Made by a program: the position numbers and the translations under genes
Notes under the pieces: generated by a model
Told to the model about the DNA's origin: nothing
Database searches by the model: none
What the model saw: only the letters and a program-made list of their open reading frames with translations
In this document: positions 34,938 to 47,857 of the stretch, piece after piece
Layout of the letters: each line of letters opens with the position of its first letter
Position numbering within the stretch: the stretch's first letter is position 1
From: Lingula anatina
Lineage: Eukaryota > Animalia > Brachiopoda
Reading direction: 5' to 3'
Length of the DNA: 64,000 bases
Assembly: GCA_051362555.1 (NCBI GenBank)
Contig: CM120649.1
Coordinates: 14,756,001-14,820,000 of the forward strand

Positions 34938-35085
34938 TGTTGGAGACAAGACCAGTCAAGATCTCAGCAGTATTCTCGCCCCTGGACCTTCCCATGATGC
35001 CATTTATGAAGCCAATGCATTGGACTACTCGGATAGTACGCTAAATTCACCGATTGCCAACTCTCTAAAACCAAAGAGAGTTTAG
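34938..35085 (+). pseudogene. Duplicated gene 1 terminal exon (orphan or alternative 3' exon)
   Basis: Copy of 25960-26107, acceptor and stop intact, 3 differences seen, all synonymous. Confidence 0.75.
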
Positions 35086-38000
35086 ATGAAGATATTCCGG
35101 ATATTCAGAGATGTGGCGCACAGGTGGCTTTTGCCCCTCTCCACCCCCTCTTTAAGCTTCTCTGAAAGTGCCATTTACAATGCTACAGAACTACATGGAA
35201 CTTATTGTTGTGGAATATATTTTTGCTGTCCCCTCTCCTTCTTTCTCTCGATACTTGTCAAATTATTGATTTGCTTTTAATGTACTGTACTGGATAGATA
35301 TTTTATAAACTTTTGTTGATTTTTTTTATTATTTTTAGTGCTTAAATGGAAAGGGGTTTTATGTGACTGCATAGATCTACTTGATTTAAATTACACAGGT
35401 CACTGTTTAATTATGTAAACTGGACTTAAGCCTGTATGTATTAGTATGGAAGAAGTCTATAAATGGCAGTTATACAAAATATTATTTAATTATATGAGAA
35501 CAATATCACAGTTATACAACCTGACACTTTTTTCTAGAAAACTTGCATATTACTTGGTGATATTTTTTCCTCTTTTTTCAAGCTGTCTGTTGCTTTTTCT
35601 GAAATTAATTTAAAATTTGAAATTAAATAAAAAATTAATTTTTTTATGACAGAATAACTTGAATTGTAAACTGTACACAAGGGTTATGTTGCTTTTTATG
35701 TATATATACTGAATAATAGTGAAAATGTGATAAAATGGAAGATGTTAATAGCAATGGCAGCAGAAAAAGATCAGTTTCATAGGTGGCTGGAATCAGTTTC
35801 TTATATAATATAGGATGTATAATTAACTTGTTGAATATATAACAGTTTCCAAAAGACAAACCCATGGGTGTAAAAAGTGAAATCAATGAAGTCCGTAATT
35901 ACAGATGATGACGGTCAGTATTTTGTCCAAAAGAGGGCACCAGTGGTCAAAGCAGGTTTTGGCTTCTTCAGTTAATATATACATATAACCAGTTAGGTGT
36001 TAGTAGATATTTTGTTTAAAAGAGGGCACCACCTGTTCACTGAAGTATTATTGAATATCTTAGCTGAAAAGGGGCATCTCATGTTCAATTTTTGTCCATT
36101 TTGACAAGTTTTCAATATCATATGAAGTTAGTTGAAATACTTACATAATAGTGATGTAATTATTTTTCAAATAAAATATTTTTGTTGAAATCTTTCCTTA
36201 ATTTAATTTTTTGAACATTTCGGTATATTTTTCTAAAAGATATTTAATGCCAATGTTTTCTTTAAATTTAATATGTTATGGTCTTATTTCTTTCCGTCCT
36301 GGGTAACATATAAAGTTTTGCTTTGTTTTGACATTATGATATTAATATATAGTTATACTCTGGAGATGCTTGAAAAGTTCTCACATGAATCTCGCAGTTA
36401 TAATAAATGCTTAAATGACACGTTAGCTGTAGCATGGAATTTTGGTAGTTTTTTTTATCAAAGCATCCTCATGAAATTGTACAACTAGTAATTTATAATT
36501 ATAGTCTCATAGTTATAATTATCTTAGCTTGATATGAGAGTAAAGTGGTACAAAAGAAATCAAAAAGTATTAATGAAAAGCATTTATTTATATTAATATA
36601 TCATCAAAATGATATGATAAGTTCTTATGTTGGATCCTATTATTAACACATAATATATAATCATGGCAGTGGGTAAAGTTGTGCATGTAGCTCAATAAAA
36701 GGAAAGATATTTAAAATAATAAAAAAAATTAGGGAATAATGTAATTGTGTGCTGAACAACAGAAAAGATACATGTCTAGTTTGTTAAAACTATGTATAGT
36801 AGTTCAATCTGACAATTATCAGGAACTTACATGTCAGATTTTTAAATACAGTGAGTTCAACAAGTCCATGTTCATTTGTTGTACAAAAAACTTAGCTTTG
36901 ATGCTTGGAAGAAAGCACCTCCAGTAAAAAGATTAAAATTTTGTAAATAACCTGTAATGTCACAATAAAAATATATTTAACAACAGGATTTACTCTCAAG
37001 TATTGACCTTGACATCACTCTGGCGTGCCCAATAATTTTCAGTTTTATGCTATAGGTCTCTCCGCTATCATGGAAAAACTCAGTATCAGCAGATTTCAGA
37101 ATTTTTTGAAGCCAAAAATAATATAATTTTTTGAGATAGATGCAGAGGGCTTCCTGGACCCCACGTCATACTTTAAGACTTATTCACTAAAATAAGTCAC
37201 ATCTCTATTAATTTCTTTAAAAAAAAAAATATGATATAAAACACCATGCACATGTAACATGGATGAAATGTGAATGACCCTGCTGAATGCTTCCTTCAAC
37301 ATCAAATGCTCTTTATTTTTAAAGCAGCTGGGAAGCCAGGAGGTCCGAACAAACACCATATTTCTATTGTGTTAAAGAGCACATGCTTTGGGAAGAACAT
37401 GTGCCCAAAAGGAAGGAAACAAATGAAAGATAACGAGTGAGGTGGCCTCTTGCCTGATCACATGGCAGCACATCGCAAATCAGAACCCCAAGATGGAGCA
37501 ATTGTTGTGAAAAAAGTTTACTATACATTTGAATATAATGTTCACTGGATTACGAGGTTGCTAATTTTTTTCTAAATAATATAAAATCATTTTATGCCTG
37601 TTTAAAATTTCTAAATTGCATAAGAATACTTTCTTATATGCACAACTTGATTGTCATATATATAAATATATAATTATATTTTTAATGTTTTCCAAATCCA
37701 CTGTACTGTTATCATATGATAAATTGGACAAAAAGCTACTGGAAAACATTTTGATTTAAGTTCCAATTTATAAAAAACACAGACAAATCAGTTGTCAAAA
37801 AGATCATTTAACATGCAAAACAAAAACAAATGCCTCTTAAATGCAGTTCTGACAAGCAAAAACAGTATATGCAGCTTAAAAATATATCACACTGACTACA
37901 AATGTATAATAATAAGTATAATGTCTGCTCAGTTAACTGCTGAGATTTAATGAAAATTGCATGCACCATTTGAAATACCTCACAATGCCATGTGAAAAAG

Positions 38001-38543
38001 AATAATATCGGCCTATGAAAAAATAGCATATAGCCTTTTCATATACATAATACTTTTGGCTACACCAAATAATTTGCTTTCATGGCTGACTTTGAACAAG
38101 TGTGCCTGTTGGAGTTACAGCAAACAAAAAACCACCAAAATGTTCACACATTTTCTGACAGTAGGCTCCCATTCATTTGGGGTTTTGAGTGGATGATGAT
38201 AATCTTATTCCAGATGACAATGACATTATCTGGTTCAATACACAGTCCTTTGAGTTTGGAAATTCAGTTAAAACTTCCTCTGTGCAAAAGATCAAATTTT
38301 GAATTTTAAGATCAAAATCTCCATTGTATTTTCAAATAAATTCGAAAATGACCCTGTGGATAATAATTTTTCCCAGTTTGGGATATACCTTGGTGAAGTA
38401 TTGAGATTGGTTGACATTTTCCAAAAAATGACATTTTTTTGATAAAGGTCCAATGTAGATTGTGCATCATAACCAAAATTTTTGCTGAATCACAGATTTC
38501 TCCTGTGACAGCAACAAAGACAAAGAAATCCAAGTTGGTTGAA

Positions 38544-38744
38544 TTAATGGTAATTATCTGGGTGGGGCTTCTCCTGGTATGCTGGGGGAGCAGAAGCTGG
38601 CCCTGTGGTCGCCCCTGGGGGGCAGACTGCATAGTAAGCCACTGGATACTGCCCCTGGGGCGCCTGGTAACCCTGGGGGTAGGCCCCTGGGGCGCTGGCT
38701 CCAACCCCAACAGGTGCCATGGGGACAAATGCATGTTGACCAAC
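38544..38744 (-). CDS. Gene 2 exon 7 (terminal, PPAY motif)
   Basis: tttcag acceptor; VGQHAFVPMAPVGVGASAPGAYPQGYQ...APPAYQEKPHPDNYH*. Confidence 0.85.
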   Translation of the reverse strand, partial: VGQHAFVPMAPVGVGASAPGAYPQGYQAPQGQYPVAYYAVCPPGATTGPASAPPAYQEKPHPDNYH

Positions 38745-39597
38745 CTGAAATGTAGCATAGCATAATCACAAACTATAATAGAAGTGGTTGCAGCTTCTCT
38801 AGTGTACAGTTCTTTTTAAAAGAGTCAATGTTGGACCAGACAAAGTTTATAAGATGATTCATTACTAGTACTAGCGTCTCTACTGCTATTACTGACCATC
38901 AGAAATTAATATTTATCTTTTTACAAATCCAGTTGTGTCGCTGGTAATAAATACATCTCCAAAGATTTTAAGTGTGTGTCCACGAGAAAACCAAACCAAA
39001 TGTAGAAAATGCGGCAAGGTGGGGGTGAACGGATTCACATCATATTTGGTGTGTTTGAACCTTTATATGAACAATATCTGAGGCTGCAATATTTCCTGAA
39101 AAAAATCCCTACTTACAGAGATATGGCCAGTGACAATTTGGGGGGTTTATCGGGGCCGTAGCGATAGTCCGAAGGTTCAATAGTCCGAAGGTTCATTGGT
39201 CCGAAGGTTCAATGGTCCGAATGTGCATTGAAGGTTCATTGGTCCGAAGGTTCGATAGTCCAAAGGTTCATTGGTCCGAAGGTTCATTAGTCCGAAGGTT
39301 CGATAGTCCGAATGTAGGCCCGCTGTATAAGTGTATAGTGAATTACATGTACAGGGGCAGATCCAAGATTATTTGAAGGGGGGTCCGCGGATGCAAAGCC
39401 CCCACCCCCCTTGGCGTAGGATCTGGGGCCCGCTAAAGGGCCCCGAAAATTGTTGGTGTCTCAAAATGACCACCTAGTTATCTAGAGACACATCTGTGAA
39501 TATCTGTAAAAAATCTATCAGTCGCCCTGGTAGAGGGTTTAAAAGTTAGGTCTGCACGGGCAAAAATAACGTCAATACTAGCATATTACATTAGTTA

Positions 39598-39641
<44 letters not shown>

Positions 39642-39891
39642 AGATCTTGATGTTTTTCATGGGATTGGAAGTTGACGATATTTAACTGCAAAGGTTTATT
39701 TTGTAAAATCAAATGGAAATTTTCTCACGAGTCACAAGTGTATCTACTTTTTGCAGAGTACGTTTTTCTTCGTTTAAATGAATTTGTTACAAAGACAGCA
39801 TTTTTGATGTTGTTCATCAGATTAGAAGTTTAACTGTTTTAGAATATTTCAACATGTTCAAACTGCCTTCTCACTTGTACTTTACGTTTAA

Positions 39892-39930
<39 letters not shown>

Positions 39931-40216
39931 ATAGGCCCACCGGGTTGATATGGCTTTGCCACATTTCTATTTCAGATTATAAACGTTTCAGCACCGTCAG
40001 TATTGCTGGGGAAGAGGGGGTGGAATTAAATATGTATTACTATTTGTGGATATTTGAGCATATTACTGTATTCTGATACAATTTTTATGTTTAAAGGCCT
40101 AGTAAGGGAAAAGCTTGTTTTCGTAAATGCTCGTAATTTTTGTTTATATGCCAAGTTTACACTCCAGTTAATTCATCCTCATCCCTATGAGTAATACAGT
40201 ACTGCTGGCGGAACGG

Positions 40217-40268
<52 letters not shown>

Positions 40269-43200
40269 GGGGGGTGGGGGGGGGAGGGTAGGGGAGTGGG
40301 CTGTGCGAACAACAACATAGTTTGTTTGGAAATGCAATTATTCTATAACTTTTACATAATTTAAGAAATGTGTAGGTTAGAAGAATTTGAATTCTAATCA
40401 TAGTATCTTAAGACATCGTAAGAAAATGTCATTATAGGCGTCCTCTCATTTTATGCGTTCCAATCTTTATTCAATATTTCATGTGTAACATGTATGGTGT
40501 TCATGAGTTGGAAAGGGTAGCCATTGCATATCCCCAAACTTCCCCACATTGTAAAGAGTAGTTCACGGAAACAATACGACCTATATGGATAATTTTCACG
40601 TGCGTTTCGGTCGCACTCAAAACGAAATGATAAAGATTCTAGAAGCTGAGTTCACACGAAAGTTAATCACCCCCTAGCAGCTCCAGGATTGCTAATCTGA
40701 TTGCATACAGTGAGAATCCTGGTGGAGTTGGATCAATCTACGTAGAATGATAGTTTCGTTGGGAACACACCCTTAGATTCCGTTTGTAATTATAATTCTT
40801 AAAATCGAAGAACATCTTAAAATGTTTCGGACTATCGAACCTTCGGACTAATGAACCTTCGGACTATCGAACCTTCGGACTAATGAACCTTCGGACCAAT
40901 GGACCTTTAATTTTCGGACTAATGAACCTTCGGACCAATGAACCTTTTTGTTAAAAATCTGATGAAAAATTGACGAATTTTCGGACCAATGAACCTTCGG
41001 ACCAATGAACCTTCGGACTATCGAGACGCCCCCGGTTTATCAACCAAAAATTCTTCTGAAAAACAGGGTTATATTGATTGGCCTTAAAGTTTATACAGGT
41101 GTCACCAAATGATTTAGTTTGGTGATATATTATAACCTAAAGATAGGGGATTAAAATGATATACACTTTTTCCACTCTCTTTGTTTCCATGGTAACAAAC
41201 CAAGCGTTTTTCTCAGGCCTACAGACCACATGCTTTGAACACCCCCCTTCTATTTTTGACAATATCTTTATCTTCACAGGTCTTTGGGGTAAAGCGTGTT
41301 CAGGACTAACAGATAACTCATTAATCTATTTATACATGAAATCAAAACTTACTGCTGTTCTACAACTTGTCCGTTGTAACAGATAGAACATGACCTAATT
41401 TCTTCATTTTTTCGTAAATATATCCGAACAAATATATCGGTGCACTGAACTTCAGCTATCTCTTTCAAGTCAACGAATGGTTTAAAACACTGTTAGTTGA
41501 ACTTTTTATTTTCATTTTACCTATTCTAATTTTTTTCTGGTTAAAACAAGCATCTAACACATTTTAAAATCATGTGAAACTAATTCTTACAGTCGGTTAC
41601 AGGATTACTGAACCCAGAACGAGGCTCTCATTTTGGACTAGGGTAAAACATTGGCTTGCGCCCATTACTCTCAATGTTAAATTGGTGAACTTTGATCGTT
41701 CATATCAAGCAGACCAGAGGACAATTACTTGTGACAACCACTTGGTTATATTCACTAGGGTTTGTAGCGTCAGTCAATGGGCCTCAGGAGGATTTTCTAG
41801 AGCTGATGGTGATTTTATCAGCGATAATACCAACACTCCTCCAACGGGCTGCAATTTCAGTTTACACCAGATGCATGTTGTAATAGGCATATTTTATCGT
41901 CTGTATCAAGTATATCTGTGAACAAATACGCGTGACAACTGTTTGTTGATATTCACTTACGTATTTAGCTCAGGGAAATGGCCATCAAAAGGATTTTCTA
42001 GCGTCAGTGGCTACTTTATCAACGATGGTGGTGTACTATTTTTAAAGCAATTTTTCCTACTGGGACACTATGACCTATACGCACCCAGTTCATTAATATA
42101 CAGTCAGAATTCTTGTATAATAAAATCATTATCTAAACAAAGAAAACTATTATATTCATATTGCTTTTAGAGGTCTCAGTTTGAAAGATTTGATAAGCTA
42201 GAAAAGGGGGTAGACATTGCTCACCTGTCGTGTTCAAAGCAGGTGTCTCAAGTAATGCAATAAATGTGCTTTCAAAAAGAATTTTAATTTGTCACTGCTG
42301 TGTTTTTCATTAAAATTTCTTTTTCTACTGTTGCCTGGAATTATGTTTGAAGAGACTATGAAATACTTTTTCAGCTTTTATAATTTCTGCAAAAACGTAA
42401 ACAATTTTTTAAGAGGCCTGCCAAAATTATTTTTCATAAATAGATTCATCCATAATTATCCAATTAAACAAAAAAGTTTTGAATGAAAGCCTCACTTAAA
42501 TCTTTTTAAGTTGTCAAAATCTACAAATCATTTTTGACTCTGATGCTAAATGAAGTTCATGGTGTTTTTTTTTTAGAAAATAATATAAATTTATAAGGTA
42601 GTTATTTCATTTTCATTTTTAGAACATCAGACTCAATATCACAATACAAAGTACGATCTATAAAAATCCGAATTGAATGCATATTTAACTGTCATAAATC
42701 ACTTTGAATTCTTAAACAAAATGCAAAATGAAAGATACAATAAAACTTGTTGACTTTAAATTTACATTTTATTTCTATCTATAATGTAAGGAGTTATAAA
42801 ATTCCTTGACATATGCTGTAAAGTTGCATTCTGAATAAACATTTGTACAGTAAAAATGAATTAGAATTTCTATGATATAAAAAACTTAAGCAAATATAAC
42901 AGTAGTGTCAAAAGGATAAAAAAACTAAATCCATAACAAAAATTTGATTGCTGAGTGTCTTTTCTTATTGCATGGGTTAATAGATTTTACTCAGCAAACA
43001 GCTCCACCCGCTTGTTTCTTCCAGTTCATATACTGGAGTATGTGCATTGATAGCTTTCTTGCATTCTATCCTCTTGATGAAAGTGTACAACATCACATAG
43101 AAAAAGTATTAGTTATCTGTTCCAATAGCACATTATTGCCATTTACACACTTCATAATACAATAATTAAATGATTTATTGAGTATGCAAAAGTTTTATTC

Positions 43201-46200
43201 CTGTCCATGATCTCAATTCTGAATGTCTGCAGCAACATGGGTATTAAAAATTACTAGAAAAAATTGTTCAAATTCTCAATGGCATGTACTTTCAGTAATA
43301 AAATCAGACTAATAAACTGTCATTAGAGCTTTCTTTCAGCTCCCCTTTTCAAAGACAAATACAATGACCACACCTGTGAAGATCATATCTGTTTTAGTTC
43401 TATTTGTTACAATGACACCAACTGATAAGATCACTTTCTTCCAATTAAACCATCTCAAAGGGCTCTATGATTGTTTGAGGATCCAGGTAAGTTCTGTTCA
43501 ATCGCTGTCAGTGGACAGATTCATCCGATAACAAAGCCATTGGAACTTCTTACCTGAAAAACAATCAGAACTAACTGCAGCTCATATAATAACAGTGTAA
43601 GGTGGGTGCATTTCAATCGCTGATAAAATCGGCATCAATGCTAGAAAAGGTCCTTGATGGCCATTTCCTGACACTAAATACCTATGGTGATATAATTAAA
43701 CAGTTGTCAAGTTTAATTATCTACCGGTGTGAGAGATACAGACGATCAAAGTTGATCATTTTAACATGGGGAGCAATGGAGCTTACAGATTGTTTTACCC
43801 TAGTCCGGGCGTGGCGGCCATCTTGTGACGTCATGCCGACTGTAAGAATGTACTAACGTCAGAACAACACAACGTCATTATCCAACGGCGGAAATCGCAG
43901 ACTGTTTGTTTACAAATCTTCCTCAACGAAGTCGTATATCATGTGGTTTATACTCTGTCTACTGATATAAAAAAACATGTAGTGTATTGAAAAATTGCAA
44001 CAGAGATATTAACAGTCATCTTCGTCGCGTTTACGTGAACCAAAACAGCGTGAGTTACGAAAGCAAACTGATTCTTGTCAGGTGTGTATCCGATGACAGT
44101 AATTGGACTTTTTCAAGTATCTTTGGGAGAATAAATGGGTTACACCATGTGACCAGCACTGGGATATGGGCTTGGTTTGTGCTGGAAACCATCCACACAG
44201 GGGAAAACGAGCCTATAACGAAATATGTCATGGGATTAACTTGCAGATGTCAGTGTAGACAAAAAGCCATTTGAATATACTGATGCCACTTGGTACAGGT
44301 AAGAAACGGGTTTGTTTGTATTTTAATACAGGCTAAAATCCAGAAAAAAAGTTCACTCAGAAAAATGATCTAGCTGTAATTTTTTAATGGTAAACGGTCC
44401 ATTTTTTTAAAAAGAAAAATGCCCCCTTTCAAATAATGAAATTGCAGCCTAAGGACCTGTGATAATTTTATCTTTTAAGCTATAATTGTGTGGGTATTTA
44501 TGTAGGTTTAATGGTACTTGGGTAAAATAAATTTAAGGGTAACAATTGGAATTAGATTGAAGCTAGGGCTGGTCTTGGCAAAATTGCTAGGCTCATAATT
44601 AATATTCGAAACCATGCCTTACTTATAAAACATGGACAAATGGGATAATAATTTATTTTTCATCAATGTATCAATTAACTTTCAGATAAGTGTTTTCATG
44701 TGTCTATAGTAAGCTATATTTATATTTCAGGCATATTTGAGAAGTGTTATTTGACACACAGTGATCTTATGGTCAGCAAAAGAGTCCAAAGTCTTGCAGA
44801 AACTGAAACTAGTGTGGAAATGACGGCTGTTGTAGAAAGGCATGTATGTAAATGAAAGCCACAATATAACAAATGCTGAGGAGATGCACGAGGCCCTAGT
44901 TTCTGCAGTTGGAGCCATTTTCTACATCCAGCTAGACAGACATCTTCCAAACCTGCATGGACTGGAGTGTCCAATTACAACAATTTAGCTTTCTTGATTC
45001 CTACAACATGAGAAAAGGTGTCTCCCTTTCTTGAGCAGTTTTAACATGAGTGATACTGATGTTAAAGTTAATTTGGGTTTTTCTGAGGCAAATATGCCAA
45101 CTGGGACTATACCAAGCAAGATCACAAACAGGGAAATTTTTTCTTGTCCAGAGAAGTTTTCTCTGAAATCTTTTGCTACTAAGACTGAAGAGTATTTGTA
45201 AGGTCTTTTTTAGACCACAGTTATGAAATGTGCCAAAAAAAACAGCTTTTGATCAAATTAAAGTCTAGTGGGCCAACAATCTGACTAAAGAAAAACTTAA
45301 AGCACATCAGCTGTGTGAGAACTCCACCCTCTTGAATATCTCACTGAGTTACACAATGGATGAGCTTTAAAGTCATCTAAACCTTTGAAACTATATTCAA
45401 ATAAAGTAAAGGAGTTTTTACTGAAGGAGTTTAGAGGGGCACAAGAAACAGGCCAGCAGAACCTAGCATTTGTGAGCATGAAGATGAGATTGAAATGTCA
45501 GTAAGGAGGGTTACAGACTATTCAGGAAGAAAAAATCGGCAGTTATTTTTGAATGTAGTAAAAACTTTGATGTTATCAGCTGTAATGTTTGATACAAAAG
45601 TGCAAAGATGTTTCATAACACCAGGATATATTTTGCGGTTGTGTTAGTTTTGCTTTTTGAATAGAAAATTATCTTGTTTTGCTACATTATGATATAGTTT
45701 GTAATGATCACAACTAATGTTGCACTGCTTTGCATGTATTGCTATATTATAATTTTGTAATTTTTTTTTATTATTTGTAATTATTCATCTGAGACAACAA
45801 TAAACTAAATTTAATAATTTCTTAGTTACTGTATGCTCATAAATAGTCACCAAAAAGTGGTGTGGATGATTAAAAAAACTGTTGATAATTAAAAAAGATT
45901 TGTTCTGGCTTTGCTATCATAAATACTTTGGCATATCCTGATCTCTATATGATAAATATTGCACCAAAAAGAAATCGCTACTAAAATAAGATTTTAATTT
46001 GTATTCACCAAATTGATGATATTAAAAAAAAATATATATATATATTAAAATTATCTTGTAAACTCTCAAGTTAATTGCCAGTGCCTATCCAAAGTAACAG
46101 AATCTATGATTTATTTCCTCTAAACTTTTTGTCCATATAAATTAAGAAGTCCATATATGGCAATTTACAAATATGAAGCCCAGTGACCTTGACCTACTGA

Positions 46201-47816
46201 CCTGATATTCATTAGTACACACCCACTTTCCATGTTCACCAGCCCTATTAATTTAGTAACATCATTGTACAGCAAAATGGTTTAATAAATTAATCAAACC
46301 CATTGTCTACATAGACTTGAATGAATCCACCACGATTTTTTGCCTTAAAAATGGCCAACTTTGGAGGTATTTTTTAGTACCTGTTTTAATACAGCAGTAA
46401 CTTTTGAAACTTGATTTGGAATGATCCATATCTGCCTAAAATATTCATGCAGTTTTATAGCTGTAAACCCTGTGAAGATGGAGATATATGCAATTAAAGA
46501 TGGTAGTATCAAAATTGGACTTTGGGGGGAGGGGTGTTATAAATGGGTGTGGCTCGCCCAAGCAGGGTCTTATCTGAATTCTACATATATCTGTGGCAAG
46601 CCAAATGATTGTTTTCAGTGATTGTAAGGTCTAATATTTTTTAGTTTTCTCCATTTTTGTTTAATTTACACAAAATATATCATTATTTTTCCTAGGTAAA
46701 AATGGAGTCTCAAAGAGGCTACATAAGCCATGACTTATAATAGGCTATAATTCTCTGAAGAAAGGATATTTTTGGGATTCCTTCCTAACTCATGAATAAC
46801 TTCCTAATATGCATCCATACAACAAATTTGGTTGAAATCCGCTGACCCCCACCTTGCCACCCTGGGCTGGTTCTCTCGTGGACAAGCTCTTAACTACACT
46901 AGGCTAGATAAAAAGTCACCATATCAAAGCTCGTCAATAATAACAGGCAGTCACTAATTCTATCACTTGTTCAATTTGGAAATCCTTGAAGCAATGACTG
47001 AAGTTGATCACTCACTTACCCTTTGTTCTCTGTTCATGCATTTCAAGTCCATACCAACACAAACCATGGCATAGATCTAGAATTACAACATAGTCTTATA
47101 ACAATTAAATCTGTACTATACAGGTTTTAAAATGTCTGAAGTCATATTTCTTACGCCTGAATATTCTGAAAGCTTAGTGTAACTTTTCCAATTCAGAGTT
47201 TTAAGATAGTTTTAAGAACTTTTTTCAGTAAAAGTACTAGTACCTGATGTCAGTATTTCTATCAAAATGTACAATGATTTGGAAGTGGGAGAAAATGGCT
47301 TTTTCTTGAGGAAAAATAGATTTGGTGAGATGTATAATGTACAGTTAATTTACAGACAACACAGGAGAGTCTAAGAGAACATTTTATCTTGCTTATTATA
47401 ATGAACACATAGCTTAAAATGACTATGCAAGGTACCGAGCCAGAAGAAAAGGGCCTAAAGCACACTAGTCTTATAAATACTTACACAAATGCCCAGCACG
47501 ATTAATTGTACTGCTATTACAGCAATTGTCCATGCTATGCCTGCCGAGGCTGAAATAAAGATTCATATTGACAACATCATATTACACACACATATTCAAA
47601 TGCTCCATTGAGGACCTGAGGGGGGGGAGGGGCAAGTCTACAAGCACAGGGTCACAGAAAAGGGGTTCGGAGCATAGAAAGGGGCATACATGAGGTACAT
47701 TAAAGGAGTTAAGGAGCAGAGATAGGAAAATGAAGGGAGTTTTGGGGCATAATAAGGGGGTAAAGGGGCAACAGAAGGGGGGCACAGATAGGGAATGGGT
47801 ATAAAAACTTCTCTCT

Positions 47817-47857
<41 letters not shown>

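Larger units (their letters stand above)
38972..46889 (+). mobile_element. Decayed Sola3-like DNA transposon
   Basis: TTAA on both flanks; imperfect TIRs GTGTGTGTCCACGAGAAAACCA / (rc) GAGCTTGTCCACGAGAGAACCA plus shared GGCAAGGTGGGGGT; transposase remnants inside; absent from unit 1. Confidence 0.75.

Noticed and set aside
39160-39315. 16-bp repeats as CRISPR or iterons
   Set aside because: No spacers; mirrored at 40825-41025 as foldback TIR arrays within an 8-bp TSD
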